Shown in pieces: positions 47,514-56,161 of a stretch of DNA of 64,000 nucleotides; within the stretch, counting starts at the first letter, position 1; the number at the start of each line of letters is the position of its first letter. The stretch spans positions 198 through 64,197 of the forward strand of contig SYEM01000307.1 of the NCBI GenBank assembly GCA_005801385.1, written 5' to 3'. This stretch comes from Verrucomicrobiales bacterium. GTDB lineage: Bacteria; Verrucomicrobiota; Verrucomicrobiia; Limisphaerales; UBA9464. Below the pieces are notes generated by a model. That model saw nothing but the letters and a program-made list of their open reading frames with translations, was not told the origin of the DNA and made no database searches. Made by a program: the position numbers and the translations under genes.

Positions 47514-48156
47514 TCACGCCTCTCGACCGAGCGTTTCACCGATTCGCGCCAACTCACGGCGGGCCGCCTGTCGAGTTCGGCAGATGATGGTGTCCACTGT
47601 GCCTCTGCGCATTCCGAAATGCTGGGCCACTTGCACCGGTGTCCAGCCATCGAACGAGATCAGGTGGTAGATAGTGAAGTCCTTCGGCGAGACGATCTGT
47701 CGCAAGCGCAGGAGCAGGAGCTGCTTGAAATCCCGGTCGGTCACATCCGCGAGGGTGTCACCGGCCAGTGAAGCCGGTGTGTCGACACCGTCAGGATTCC
47801 ACTCCTCACCCGATTCGCTCTCGATCGGACTGGTCTGCAGGCGCCGTCTTCGTTGCGAACAGACCGATGTTCCGGGCAACGCGCGAAAAGACTTCCTGGC
47901 CCACCTCTTCGGCCTCCGCTGTCGTCAAGCCCCGCTGACGCCCGATGTTCAGCACCAAACCGCGGTATCGGTCATAGAATTCCCGCCACCCATCGTCGTC
48001 ATCCAGATCCTTGACCCGGTTGATCAACGTCGCGCTCGTGCGTCGACCGATGTCCACAGACGAACTCACATCCTCAAAAACGACGGCTGCGGTCGACTTG
48101 TTACGAAAAATCTCCGAATACAATCCCCGAGGCGCAGCGCTCGCCACGCAGGACAT
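47514..48156 (-). pseudogene. ECF-type sigma-70 family factor split across two reading frames (probable frameshift, possibly with an internal deletion)
   Basis: Region-2-like N-terminal ORF (47806-48156/48267: TSATLINRVKDLDDDDGWREFYDRYRGLVLNIGRQRGLTTAEAEEVGQEVFSRV) stops at 47806. Region-4-like C-terminal ORF (47514-47879: FTIYHLISFDGWTPVQVAQHFGMRRGTVDTIICRTRQAARRELARI) is in the +1 frame. The two overlap at 47806-47879. Confidence 0.55.
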
Positions 48157-48270
48157 CCCTGGAAAGTGGGCCGCTTTACAAAGGCCAGCCAAGTATTCGA
48201 AGAGGCATCGACAACGAGCCTTCCATACCGGCAGCGGACCTTCCGGTGGCAAGGCGACTTCCATCAAGGC

Positions 48271-48708
48271 TCATGGAACGAGTTCGACGACGGACTGTCC
48301 GTCCGGCGTAGCCAGAACCAGCGCCGCCTCCCGACTGGTCGACCTCGAGACTGATCCGAGGATCTTCAGATAGGTGGCCTCGAGGGCCAGCAAAGCAGGA
48401 GCCCCGCCCATCCGAGTCGATGCCACTCCACCCTTCCAGAGGAGCTGTCCATCCTTGGATTCCTCGAGGGTACCGAAATACCGATTGACCGGGGCTTTCC
48501 CGGAGATCTGTCCATCGGCAGCCCATCGAAAGGTGATCAGGACTCCCTCTGGTATAAGCACTGGGGCATTGCTGGAGACGATCTGCACCACCCTGAGTTC
48601 CTTGTCTCTCCAGGACACCGAGTCGCGTGCCGGCGACACGCAGCCCCATCCGACGGAGCAGGCGCCGATCACTCCCATTGAAACTGCGGTTCTCCAGAGT
48701 CTGATCAT
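48271..48708 (-). CDS. META-domain (HslJ-like) lipoprotein
   Basis: The track ORF is trimmed to MIRLWRTAVSMGVIGACSVGWGC (lipobox). WRDKELRVVQI ... ITFRWAADGQISGKAPVNRYFG matches the META-domain pattern. Confidence 0.65.
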   Translation of the reverse strand: MIRLWRTAVSMGVIGACSVGWGCVSPARDSVSWRDKELRVVQIVSSNAPVLIPEGVLITFRWAADGQISGKAPVNRYFGTLEESKDGQLLWKGGVASTRMGGAPALLALEATYLKILGSVSRSTSREAALVLATPDGQSVVELVP

Positions 48709-48855
48709 GGGTAGATCCTGCACAGATCCATTCCACCCGTCACCCACACGATAAGGGCTCTGCGCCCTGAAACCGGAATATCCGACACCTGTGACTCATT
48801 CCCCCTTTCCCGGCCCGGAGGATCCGGGGCAAAGTCCCCCCGTCATCCGTATCGC

Positions 48856-49989
48856 ATGAAAAACGTCGTCTTGCTCGGAAGCACCGGGTCCATTGGCACC
48901 AGCACCCTTAAGGTCGTCGAGGACATGCCAGAAGAGCTTCGGCTGGTCGGGCTCGCGGCAGGGAACAACGGTGACCTTCTCCGCGAGCAGGCCCTGCGAC
49001 ACCACCCCGAGGCCGTGTCCCTTCAGGATCCAGGAGCGGCACAGGTCCTGGCCAACCGGCTACCGGGTATCCCCGTTCATTCAGGGGCTGAGGGTCTTCT
49101 CAGGCTCGCAACGCTGCCCTCTGCCGACATTGTCCTGATCGCGATCGTGGGCACGGCGGGGCTCGCGCCAGCCTTGGCGGCGATCAGGGCAGGCAAGGAT
49201 ATTGCGGTCGCCTCAAAGGAGATCCTCGTCATGGCGGGTCAGATCGTCATGACGGAGGCCCGACGGCACGGTGTTCGAGTCCTGGCCGTCGACAGTGAAC
49301 ACTCCGCCATCTTCCAGTGCCTCGACGGGAAACCCACTGGATCCGTGCGACGCCTCATCCTGACGGCATCGGGCGGTCCGTTCCGAACGACCCCAAAATC
49401 GGAATTCCCGGGAATTACCGTTGAAATGGCCCTAAAGCACCCTTCTTGGGTAATGGGACGTAAGATCACCATCGATTCCGCGACGTTGTTCAACAAAGGG
49501 CTCGAGATGATCGAAGCGCGGTGGCTTTTCGACATCGAGATGGAGCGGGTCGATGTGGTGGTCCACCCCCAGAGCATCGTGCATTCCCTAGTGGAGTACG
49601 TTGACGGGTCGATGATCGCCCAGCTCTCGACTCCCGATATGTGCCTCCCGATCCAGTATGCTCTCTGCTACCCTGAGCGTCGCACGAGCGATCGGGTGCA
49701 GACCCAGTTGGCACGGCTGGGAACCCTGACCTTCGAGGAACCGGATACCGACCGTTTTCCATCCCTGGGACTCGCGCGCCGTGCAGGCGAGGTCGGAGGA
49801 ACACTCCCAGCGGTGTTCAACGCAGCTAACGAAGTGGCAGTCGAGGCTTTCGTGAGCGGGGCGCTTTCATTTCCCGGGATCTTCGACCATGTCGCAAGGG
49901 TGATGGACCGGCACCGAGTGGTCGAGCAGCCCACGCTCGAGCAGATCCTCGACGCGGACCGTGATGCACGTCAGGAGACCACAGGCTGA
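48856..49989 (+). CDS. dxr: 1-deoxy-D-xylulose-5-phosphate reductoisomerase
   Basis: 377 aa. VVLLGSTGSIGTSTLKV, LAVDSEHSAIFQCL, LTASGGPFR, NKGLEMIEA.WLF. Confidence 0.95.
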   Translation: MKNVVLLGSTGSIGTSTLKVVEDMPEELRLVGLAAGNNGDLLREQALRHHPEAVSLQDPGAAQVLANRLPGIPVHSGAEGLLRLATLPSADIVLIAIVGTAGLAPALAAIRAGKDIAVASKEILVMAGQIVMTEARRHGVRVLAVDSEHSAIFQCLDGKPTGSVRRLILTASGGPFRTTPKSEFPGITVEMALKHPSWVMGRKITIDSATLFNKGLEMIEARWLFDIEMERVDVVVHPQSIVHSLVEYVDGSMIAQLSTPDMCLPIQYALCYPERRTSDRVQTQLARLGTLTFEEPDTDRFPSLGLARRAGEVGGTLPAVFNAANEVAVEAFVSGALSFPGIFDHVARVMDRHRVVEQPTLEQILDADRDARQETTG

Positions 49990-50089
49990 GTCCCGTATGA
50001 GTCCGCCACGGGGCGGCTGGGAAAATAAATCCCCTGAATTCAGGAACCCGCTTGACGTCTCTCCGCCGGCTTCCGACAAAGGGTGACCC

Positions 50090-50926
50090 ATGGTTGCACG
50101 CCTCATTTGCTGTCTTCTCTTCCTCCCCATTTTCCTGATCAACGGACGGGCCCAAGCGACCAACGAGGTTCCGATCTTCCCCGACAAGAACCTTGAGGCT
50201 GCGGTACGCCAGCAGGTCTTCGCCAAGCGCTACACCAACTCGCCGCTCACTGCGGCCGACGTGGCCAACGTCTCCACCGTGATCGGCAATTTCCGTGGCA
50301 TTACTGACCTGACCGGCCTTGAGCACTGCAAGGCACTGGCCGCTCTGGAACTAGCTGGGAACAAGATCAAGGACCTGAAGGCTCTCTCTGGTCTCCGACA
50401 GCTTCAGCAGGTGATCTTGACCAGCAACAAGGTGTCCGAGATCGTACCGCTGGGCACCCTGCCGGCGTTGCAGTACATCGAGCTGTCCCACAACGGGGTC
50501 GAGGATCTGACCCCCTTGGCAAGGGCCACCAATCTCGCGTCGGTCTACGTCGGCCAAAACAAGGTGGCCTCCATCGCCCCTCTGACCGCCCTACCCCGTC
50601 TCGTGACCCTGTACGCGGAAAGCAATGGAATCCGGTCCATCGACGGTCTCCAGAACGTTCGATCCCTTTCCGGAATCTCCCTCTCGGGCAATCGCATCAG
50701 CGATGTCTCACCCCTCGCGGGGCTCCGTTCCCCAACGTTCATCTTTCTTGAAAGGAATCGCGTGAAGGACCTCGCGGGCTGGTCGGAATGGGTTTCAAAG
50801 GACCTCGCGGGACCGCGGTCGTTCGCCCCCTATCTACAGCTTTACCTGAAGGGGAATCCTCTTCGCGCGAAGAGCAAGGCGCTTCTCGCAGACTGGTCCA
50901 AGCAGGGAATGCGGGTGAACCAGTGA
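50090..50926 (+). CDS. leucine-rich-repeat (internalin-like) secreted protein
   Basis: 278 aa. Signal peptide, then about 8 LRRs of about 22 aa (LxxLxLxxNxIxDLxxLxxL, e.g. LAALELAGNKIKDLKALSGLRQL, LQYIELSHNGVEDLTPLARATNL). Confidence 0.8.
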   Translation: MVARLICCLLFLPIFLINGRAQATNEVPIFPDKNLEAAVRQQVFAKRYTNSPLTAADVANVSTVIGNFRGITDLTGLEHCKALAALELAGNKIKDLKALSGLRQLQQVILTSNKVSEIVPLGTLPALQYIELSHNGVEDLTPLARATNLASVYVGQNKVASIAPLTALPRLVTLYAESNGIRSIDGLQNVRSLSGISLSGNRISDVSPLAGLRSPTFIFLERNRVKDLAGWSEWVSKDLAGPRSFAPYLQLYLKGNPLRAKSKALLADWSKQGMRVNQ

Positions 50927-50972
50927 GCGGGGCTCCGTTTGACAGGACACGACTCCACTACACCCTGAATCC

Positions 50973-51518
50973 ATGAAATCCATCCGTTGCCTCTTTGCGC
51001 TGATTGCCTCCGTGACCACACTCCTCGCCGCCAGCAGCCTCCAATCGATTGCGATCCGCGACATCGATGGAAAGGAAACCTCCCTGAAGGCTTTCGATGG
51101 GAAGGTGGTTCTGTTGGTGAACGTTGCCTCCCAGTGCGGCTACACACCCCAGTACAAGGGGCTTGAAGCCCTGTTCCGAAAGTTCAAGGACAAGGGTCTG
51201 GTCGTTGTTGGAGTACCCTGCAACGACTTCGGTGCCCAGGAGCCAGGGTCCGCCAGCGACATCAAGGAGTTCTGCTCCAGCAAATACCAGGTCACCTTCC
51301 CCCTTCTCGAGAAGATCCATGTGAAAGGCGCCGAACAGCATCCCCTCTACGCAGCGCTCACAGGTCCCAAGGCCAGCTTCCCGGGTGATGTGAAGTGGAA
51401 TTTCGGGAAATTCCTGATCGGGCGCGATGGCTCCGTACTGAAGCGCTTCGACTCGGGTGTGGCTCCGGACTCCGGAGAGCTGACCCAGGTGATTGAGGCT
51501 GCTCTCGCCCGCAACTAA
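50973..51518 (+). CDS. glutathione peroxidase (Cys type), secreted
   Basis: 181 aa. VVLLVNVASQCGYTPQY, GVPCNDFGAQEPG, WNFGKFLIGRDG. The active site is Cys (TGC), not a TGA selenocysteine codon. Confidence 0.92.
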   Translation: MKSIRCLFALIASVTTLLAASSLQSIAIRDIDGKETSLKAFDGKVVLLVNVASQCGYTPQYKGLEALFRKFKDKGLVVVGVPCNDFGAQEPGSASDIKEFCSSKYQVTFPLLEKIHVKGAEQHPLYAALTGPKASFPGDVKWNFGKFLIGRDGSVLKRFDSGVAPDSGELTQVIEAALARN

Positions 51519-51696
51519 GCGGCATCGGGACCCCACTGATCCCTTTCAGGGCTCCCATCCTCTTTGATCACCGGCGACAGCCCGGCATAAGCCCCCAAAG
51601 TCCCGAGAGGCCGAATCGCTGGTGGAGCGGCAAGAGCCGGCCAGTGACCCGCTTCTTGACCACCTCGTCCAGTTGCCTTCGACTCATGGAGACCCC

Positions 51697-52527
51697 ATGA
51701 GTTCGTACTCACCAGCGGCATACCCACTCCCGGACGTTCCTTCCGGTGATGGTCCGGTGGGATCCTCCAGCCGAGAGCTAGGATCGCCTCCATGCCCCGG
51801 CCTTGTCGTTCTGGGGCGCCCACCTGTCCTTTCAAGAGCCTTCACACTGATCGAACTACTCGTGGTGATCGCGATCGTCGCGATCCTCGCCAGCATCCTT
51901 CTTCCCGCGTTGGCCAACGCCAAGGAGCAGGCCAAAAAGACCCGGTGCTTCAACAACAACCGGCAGCTGATGCTGTCCTGCCTGCTCTATGCCGGGGACC
52001 ACACTGCATTCCTCCCCTGCGGTTCGATGGCCAGCATGCGGGTTCCGAAGGGCTATGTGACCTGGGACGAACAGATCATCCCCTTCGGTGGCATCACTAA
52101 CCTCCTCCTCTGTGCCAGCCACAAGCTCGGCCGGCGGCACTACTGGGCCAATGCCAATATTGAGAATGGCCAGCAGGCCGAGAGGAATCCGCGTCAGACC
52201 GGGGTGATGGCCCTGGGCTTCTCGGTCAAACCCGAGACCCTTTCAAACCCTAGCGGGGTGATCTCCCTGACTGAGATTCGGGACCAGAACGCCACCTATG
52301 CCTTCGGTGGGGTCTCGAACCCAGGAGAGGGCTGGGGATCCATGCTGTTCGCCTACGAGGATCTCTTCATCCTGCAGTATCGTCACCTCAAGCGGGAAAC
52401 GATCTCCTTCTGCGACGGGCACGTGGAGAATGCGAAATCAAACATCCTCATGGGGCCAAAGACCCCCTCTGGAAAGTGGAGCTTCGAGAAGTTCCACCGC
52501 GATCCATCCCGGGTCCCAACACGATAG
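51697..52527 (+). CDS. prepilin-type N-terminal cleavage/methylation domain protein, H-X9-DG (DUF1559-like) family
   Basis: [37 protein letters not shown] plus the C-terminal H-X9-DG motif ([13 protein letters not shown]). Start uncertain: ATG 51697 gives a 48-aa leader, in-frame GTG 51757 a 28-aa leader, and the track start is 51622. Confidence 0.8.
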   Translation: MSSYSPAAYPLPDVPSGDGPVGSSSRELGSPPCPGLVVLGRPPVLSRAFTLIELLVVIAIVAILASILLPALANAKEQAKKTRCFNNNRQLMLSCLLYAGDHTAFLPCGSMASMRVPKGYVTWDEQIIPFGGITNLLLCASHKLGRRHYWANANIENGQQAERNPRQTGVMALGFSVKPETLSNPSGVISLTEIRDQNATYAFGGVSNPGEGWGSMLFAYEDLFILQYRHLKRETISFCDGHVENAKSNILMGPKTPSGKWSFEKFHRDPSRVPTR

Positions 52528-52607
52528 GGCCCGACGATGTTTATTGGGACACCCGTAACCGGAATCCCGGCTTCGGGTCTGTAGAGGTGTCGGCAGAATC
52601 GAAACGC

Positions 52608-53195
52608 ATGGACGACTCGGAAACGCCGGTGACGGAACTCGTCGCCCGAATCCGGGTGGGTGACGAGACCGCGGCGCGTGCCTTGGTCCTGCATCTGACC
52701 CCCGCCGTGGGGCGGATCGTCCGGGCCAATCTGCCGCGTCGGACCGACGAAGAGGATCTCGTACAAACTGTTCTCACGAAGGTGTTCACGCATCTCGACC
52801 AATTCCGGGGCGTCGTCCCCCTGGAGCACTGGGTTGCCCGCATCGCGGTCAACACCTGTCGCCATGCCCTTGCCAAGGAGCGGAACCGTCCCGAACTCCG
52901 CCATGCCGACCTTTCGGAGGAACAGGTGGCGGTTCTGGACCACCTGGCAACGGAGTCCTCGGATCTCGATCCACAGCAGGGGATCGCCGCCAGGGACCTG
53001 ACCTCTCAGCTACTCTCAGGATTGAAGCCCGAGGACCGTCTCGTTATCACCCTGCGTCATCTCGAAGGCCGCAGCGTCGAGGAGATCCGTGATATCACCG
53101 GGTGGAGCATCCCTCTGGTGAAGGTCCGGGCCTTCAGGGCGCGTCAGAGGATGAAAAAGCACCTGGATCAACTGCTGAAGGAGAAACGCCGATGA
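52608..53195 (+). CDS. ECF (sigma-24-type) RNA polymerase sigma factor
   Basis: Trimmed to ATG 52608. Region 2 (EEDLVQTVLTKVFTHLDQFRGVVPLEHWVARIAVNTCRHAL) and region 4 (LKPEDRLVITLRHLEGRSVEEIRDITGWSIPLVKVRAFRARQRMK). Confidence 0.88.
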   Translation: MDDSETPVTELVARIRVGDETAARALVLHLTPAVGRIVRANLPRRTDEEDLVQTVLTKVFTHLDQFRGVVPLEHWVARIAVNTCRHALAKERNRPELRHADLSEEQVAVLDHLATESSDLDPQQGIAARDLTSQLLSGLKPEDRLVITLRHLEGRSVEEIRDITGWSIPLVKVRAFRARQRMKKHLDQLLKEKRR

Positions 53196-53488
53196 ACGAC
53201 GGAAACACACCCTTGGATCGCCTGCTCCGGGCGGCTGCCCGGTCGCCTCGCGAAGCGACCCTGTCCACCCTTCCCTTCCCGGCCGAGGCCCGGGTGCTGG
53301 CCGCCTGGAGATCCAGCCGATCGGAAGGATCGAGCTGGATTGGACTCTGGCTCCGGACCGGATTGGCCGGGGCCGCGGTGGCCTTGGCGCTGACGCTCGC
53401 CGTCACGTGGTCACACCTGCGTCCAGATCCCGAGGACGATGAATACGCCGTGGCCAACGCCACTCTCTACGTGGCTGTCTCACCATGA
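53192..53488 (+). CDS. putative single-pass anti-sigma factor
   Basis: 98 aa. ATGA overlap with the sigma gene, one TM helix (LAGAAVALALTLAVTW). Assigned by position only. Confidence 0.5.
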   Translation: MNDGNTPLDRLLRAAARSPREATLSTLPFPAEARVLAAWRSSRSEGSSWIGLWLRTGLAGAAVALALTLAVTWSHLRPDPEDDEYAVANATLYVAVSP

Positions 53489-53931
53489 ACCGGGTCAGTC
53501 CACGACAGCTCGTCGCCTACCTGATTGCCATCTTTGTGTTCGCCGCGGCGGCCGGGGCGATCGGTGGCTACAGCTGGGGAAAACGCTCCGTCGCCCGGTG
53601 GCCCGACCGGTCCAAGATGCGGGAAAAGATCCAAGCCAAGATCACCGCGGACCTCGGACTCTCCCCCGAACAGGTTGCGAAAGTGTCGCCGCTCATCGAC
53701 CGCCACATGGAAGAGCTGGATTCTCTCAACCAGGAACACCATCGACAAATCAGCGCCTCCATGTCGCGCCAACGCGACAGGATTGCGGACCTCCTCACTC
53801 CGGATCAGCGGATTGTCTTCGAAGCGAAGGAACGCGAGCGAGAGCAGAGACGCTCCCGCCAGAGAGGACCATCGACTGGAGGGTCCACCAACCAGGGTCC
53901 CGGGATTCCTCAGCACCAGACCAAACCCTGA
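53485..53931 (+). CDS. membrane-anchored/periplasmic Spy/CpxP-like (LTXXQ-motif) protein
   Basis: 148 aa. ATGA overlap with the upstream gene, N-terminal TM helix, LSPEQ and LTPDQ repeats in helical context, basic C-terminal tail. Confidence 0.6.
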   Translation: MNRVSPRQLVAYLIAIFVFAAAAGAIGGYSWGKRSVARWPDRSKMREKIQAKITADLGLSPEQVAKVSPLIDRHMEELDSLNQEHHRQISASMSRQRDRIADLLTPDQRIVFEAKEREREQRRSRQRGPSTGGSTNQGPGIPQHQTKP

Positions 53932-53965
53932 GCCACGAATCGCAGAGATTGGAATCCGACTGCGA

Positions 53966-55486
53966 TCAGCGCTCCGCTCCAAGGCCCTTGGGAGGGGCAT
54001 TCGTTCGACTCGACCCGCCGGTGGATCGCAAGGCCGGCTTCTGCGGTGGTCTTGAACCCGCGTCGTTCGACTGTGCTCCGGACTCCCCCGTTGGGCTGAC
54101 GCTCGTCAGAAGACCTGCATCTTTGGCGAGCCAATAGGCGAGCAGGTAGTCCACTCCCGGGTGTTCCACGAGCGGACGATCCAAGCCCTTCCCAAGCCCC
54201 AGTTGGTAGGGGGATTCAAACCACTGGAACGGAACGACGGGGCGACGATCCAGCAGCTGGGCATGCCGAGCCCACTCCCTCCCGTTGGCCATCAGCTTAG
54301 CGGGGGGATCATTCGTGGCGGAGGCCGACATCGGGACTCGTGGCGGATCCGGGAACTGGGCCAGAACCCCTTGGAGGATGGTGATCGCACCCGAGTTGTT
54401 GGGACGCCGCTCGAAGGCATCCATGTAGAGGGCAGCCAGGAGCGGGTTGAGGTCAGGCTCTGCCTCGTCCCAAAGCTGGGTGAGCCGCCTTCGGTAGAGC
54501 TCCACCCGGGAGGATTCGGGATCGAGCCGGGCCAGGAGGAACAGATTGGCGAAGACCGACACATTGCCGGCATACCAGCCGTACCGTGTCATGGACGGGG
54601 ATGGCAGTTCCAGCAGCTCGGCCGCCATCGCACGGAAGGGGGCCAGGTAGGTTCTGGGCTCTGTGTTCGCCCCGGTGCAGAGAAGAGCCGTCTTGAGCAG
54701 GGGGGTGACGAAATTCGTCCGGCCAAGTCCATCCTGGATCCGCCAGCCATCCTCCCGAAGCCGTTCCAACATGAGACCCACCGATCGGGCGACCCGATCC
54801 CGGATCACAGGTTCACGGACCAGCTTGTGGACGAGGCCAAGCCCCATATTGAGCGCCGCATAGGCCTCCCGGTCGGCCCCACCCAGCAAGACCACGGGCA
54901 CACCATTCGTCGACACCCCTTCGCGAGCCAGACGTCCAAAGCCGGGTCGATCCGGATCCTCGCCTCCGTGTTTCGAATAGACGGCCCGGTAGGCGGGATC
55001 CGCGGCGGCACCCACGAACACGGGAAGAAACCCAGGTCGTGGACCCGACGACAGGAGCCGTTCCACCCCTGAAAGAAGATTGCTGATCCCCACTGTCGAA
55101 CGTGCGTCCCGGGTCACGGTAAACCGGAGGGCTTCGACACTCAGGAGATACCCGGTTTGGGTCGCCGAAAGATCCAGAGCCTGATAGGACAAAAGGGCTC
55201 CCGGGGTCACTCCATCCGCGCGGAGACTCACCACCAGTCCATCCCGCAGGTGCCGGTCAACCAACCGCGCCCGGTAGTCATCCGCCCGTCGCTGCATTAT
55301 GGTAAACTGGTCGTCGGTCAGCTCCTGCCAGCGCCCCACATAACGCCCCCGCGCCACACCTTGAAGCACCCGTTCCTGGCGATCCGTCAGCCCGGATGTG
55401 GACGACGGAGCGTCTTGTCCCAGCAACGCAGGCCCCTGGAGCGCGATCAATAAGAGCAACAGGCAGTGAGTCAACACAGGGACCAT
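53966..55486 (-). CDS. secreted hypothetical protein (506 aa), no family recognised
   Basis: Signal peptide MVPVLTHCLLLLLIALQGPALLGQ. Coding-like composition throughout. Starts 6 nt downstream of the trmB stop. Confidence 0.7.
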   Translation of the reverse strand: MVPVLTHCLLLLLIALQGPALLGQDAPSSTSGLTDRQERVLQGVARGRYVGRWQELTDDQFTIMQRRADDYRARLVDRHLRDGLVVSLRADGVTPGALLSYQALDLSATQTGYLLSVEALRFTVTRDARSTVGISNLLSGVERLLSSGPRPGFLPVFVGAAADPAYRAVYSKHGGEDPDRPGFGRLAREGVSTNGVPVVLLGGADREAYAALNMGLGLVHKLVREPVIRDRVARSVGLMLERLREDGWRIQDGLGRTNFVTPLLKTALLCTGANTEPRTYLAPFRAMAAELLELPSPSMTRYGWYAGNVSVFANLFLLARLDPESSRVELYRRRLTQLWDEAEPDLNPLLAALYMDAFERRPNNSGAITILQGVLAQFPDPPRVPMSASATNDPPAKLMANGREWARHAQLLDRRPVVPFQWFESPYQLGLGKGLDRPLVEHPGVDYLLAYWLAKDAGLLTSVSPTGESGAQSNDAGSRPPQKPALRSTGGSSRTNAPPKGLGAER

Positions 55487-55492
55487 ACCGGA

Positions 55493-56161
55493 TCAACTTG
55501 GTTCGCCAGCCCTGCCATTGGCAAGCCCGGGCACATCAGTCCGCTGGTACGCGACACGCAGCGTCGGGATGCCCCGCGAATTGAAGTCGCGCTCAAAATC
55601 GGTGACGACGGACGCAAGGTCGGGCGGATAGTCCACCTCCACGAAGCGTGAACTCTTTCCGAAGACCTCCCGCATCTGCACGAAATAGGGCTCGTTGTCA
55701 GTGCGCAGGAAGACCCGTCCACCGGGTCGCAAAATCCGAGCGGACTCCTCCACGAAGGCCTCATTGACCAATCGGCGCTTCCAATGGCGTCGTTTAGGCC
55801 AGGGGTCCGGAAAATAGACGTGGAGGGCAGAGACGGTTCCGGATGCGAGCTTCCAACACAGCACATAGCCCGCCTCCAGCCGGAGTACCCTGAGGTTGGA
55901 CAAACCTCGACGAAGGGCCTTGCGCTCCAGCTTCCGGAGGCGTCCCAGGAGACGTTCCACACCGAGGAAGCCACGTCCCGGATTCAGCGCAGCATACTCC
56001 GCCAGGAACGAGCCGTCCCCGGATCCTAGCTCGACCTCGACGTCCTGTACTCCGGGGAAAACCGCCGCAAAGTCGACCCGTGAAAGGATGTCAGCCGGCA
56101 GACGGACCCCGGGGGCGATCGGCAACGGTGCGGCTTCCGCTGGTTGGGACCCGTCGTTCAC
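55493..56161 (-). CDS. trmB: tRNA (guanine46-N7)-methyltransferase
   Basis: 222 aa, GTG start. VELGSGDGSFL, HVYFPDPWPKRRHWKRRL. Confidence 0.9.
   Translation of the reverse strand: MNDGSQPAEAAPLPIAPGVRLPADILSRVDFAAVFPGVQDVEVELGSGDGSFLAEYAALNPGRGFLGVERLLGRLRKLERKALRRGLSNLRVLRLEAGYVLCWKLASGTVSALHVYFPDPWPKRRHWKRRLVNEAFVEESARILRPGGRVFLRTDNEPYFVQMREVFGKSSRFVEVDYPPDLASVVTDFERDFNSRGIPTLRVAYQRTDVPGLANGRAGEPS

Noticed and set aside
49990-50089. Short hairpin CCGCC-ACGG-GGCGG after dxr, as a possible terminator.
   Set aside because: The stem is only 5 bp and no downstream U-tract follows it.
50973-51518. Possible selenocysteine in glutathione peroxidase.
   Set aside because: The active-site codon is TGC (Cys) within VASQCGYT. 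There is no in-frame TGA.
53939-53966. 7-bp hairpin (ATCGCAG...CTGCGAT) between the convergent LTXXQ gene and the 506-aa gene, as a possible terminator.
   Set aside because: The loop is 14 nt, there is no U-tract on either strand, and the right arm overlaps the stop codon of the minus-strand gene. It is too weak to call.
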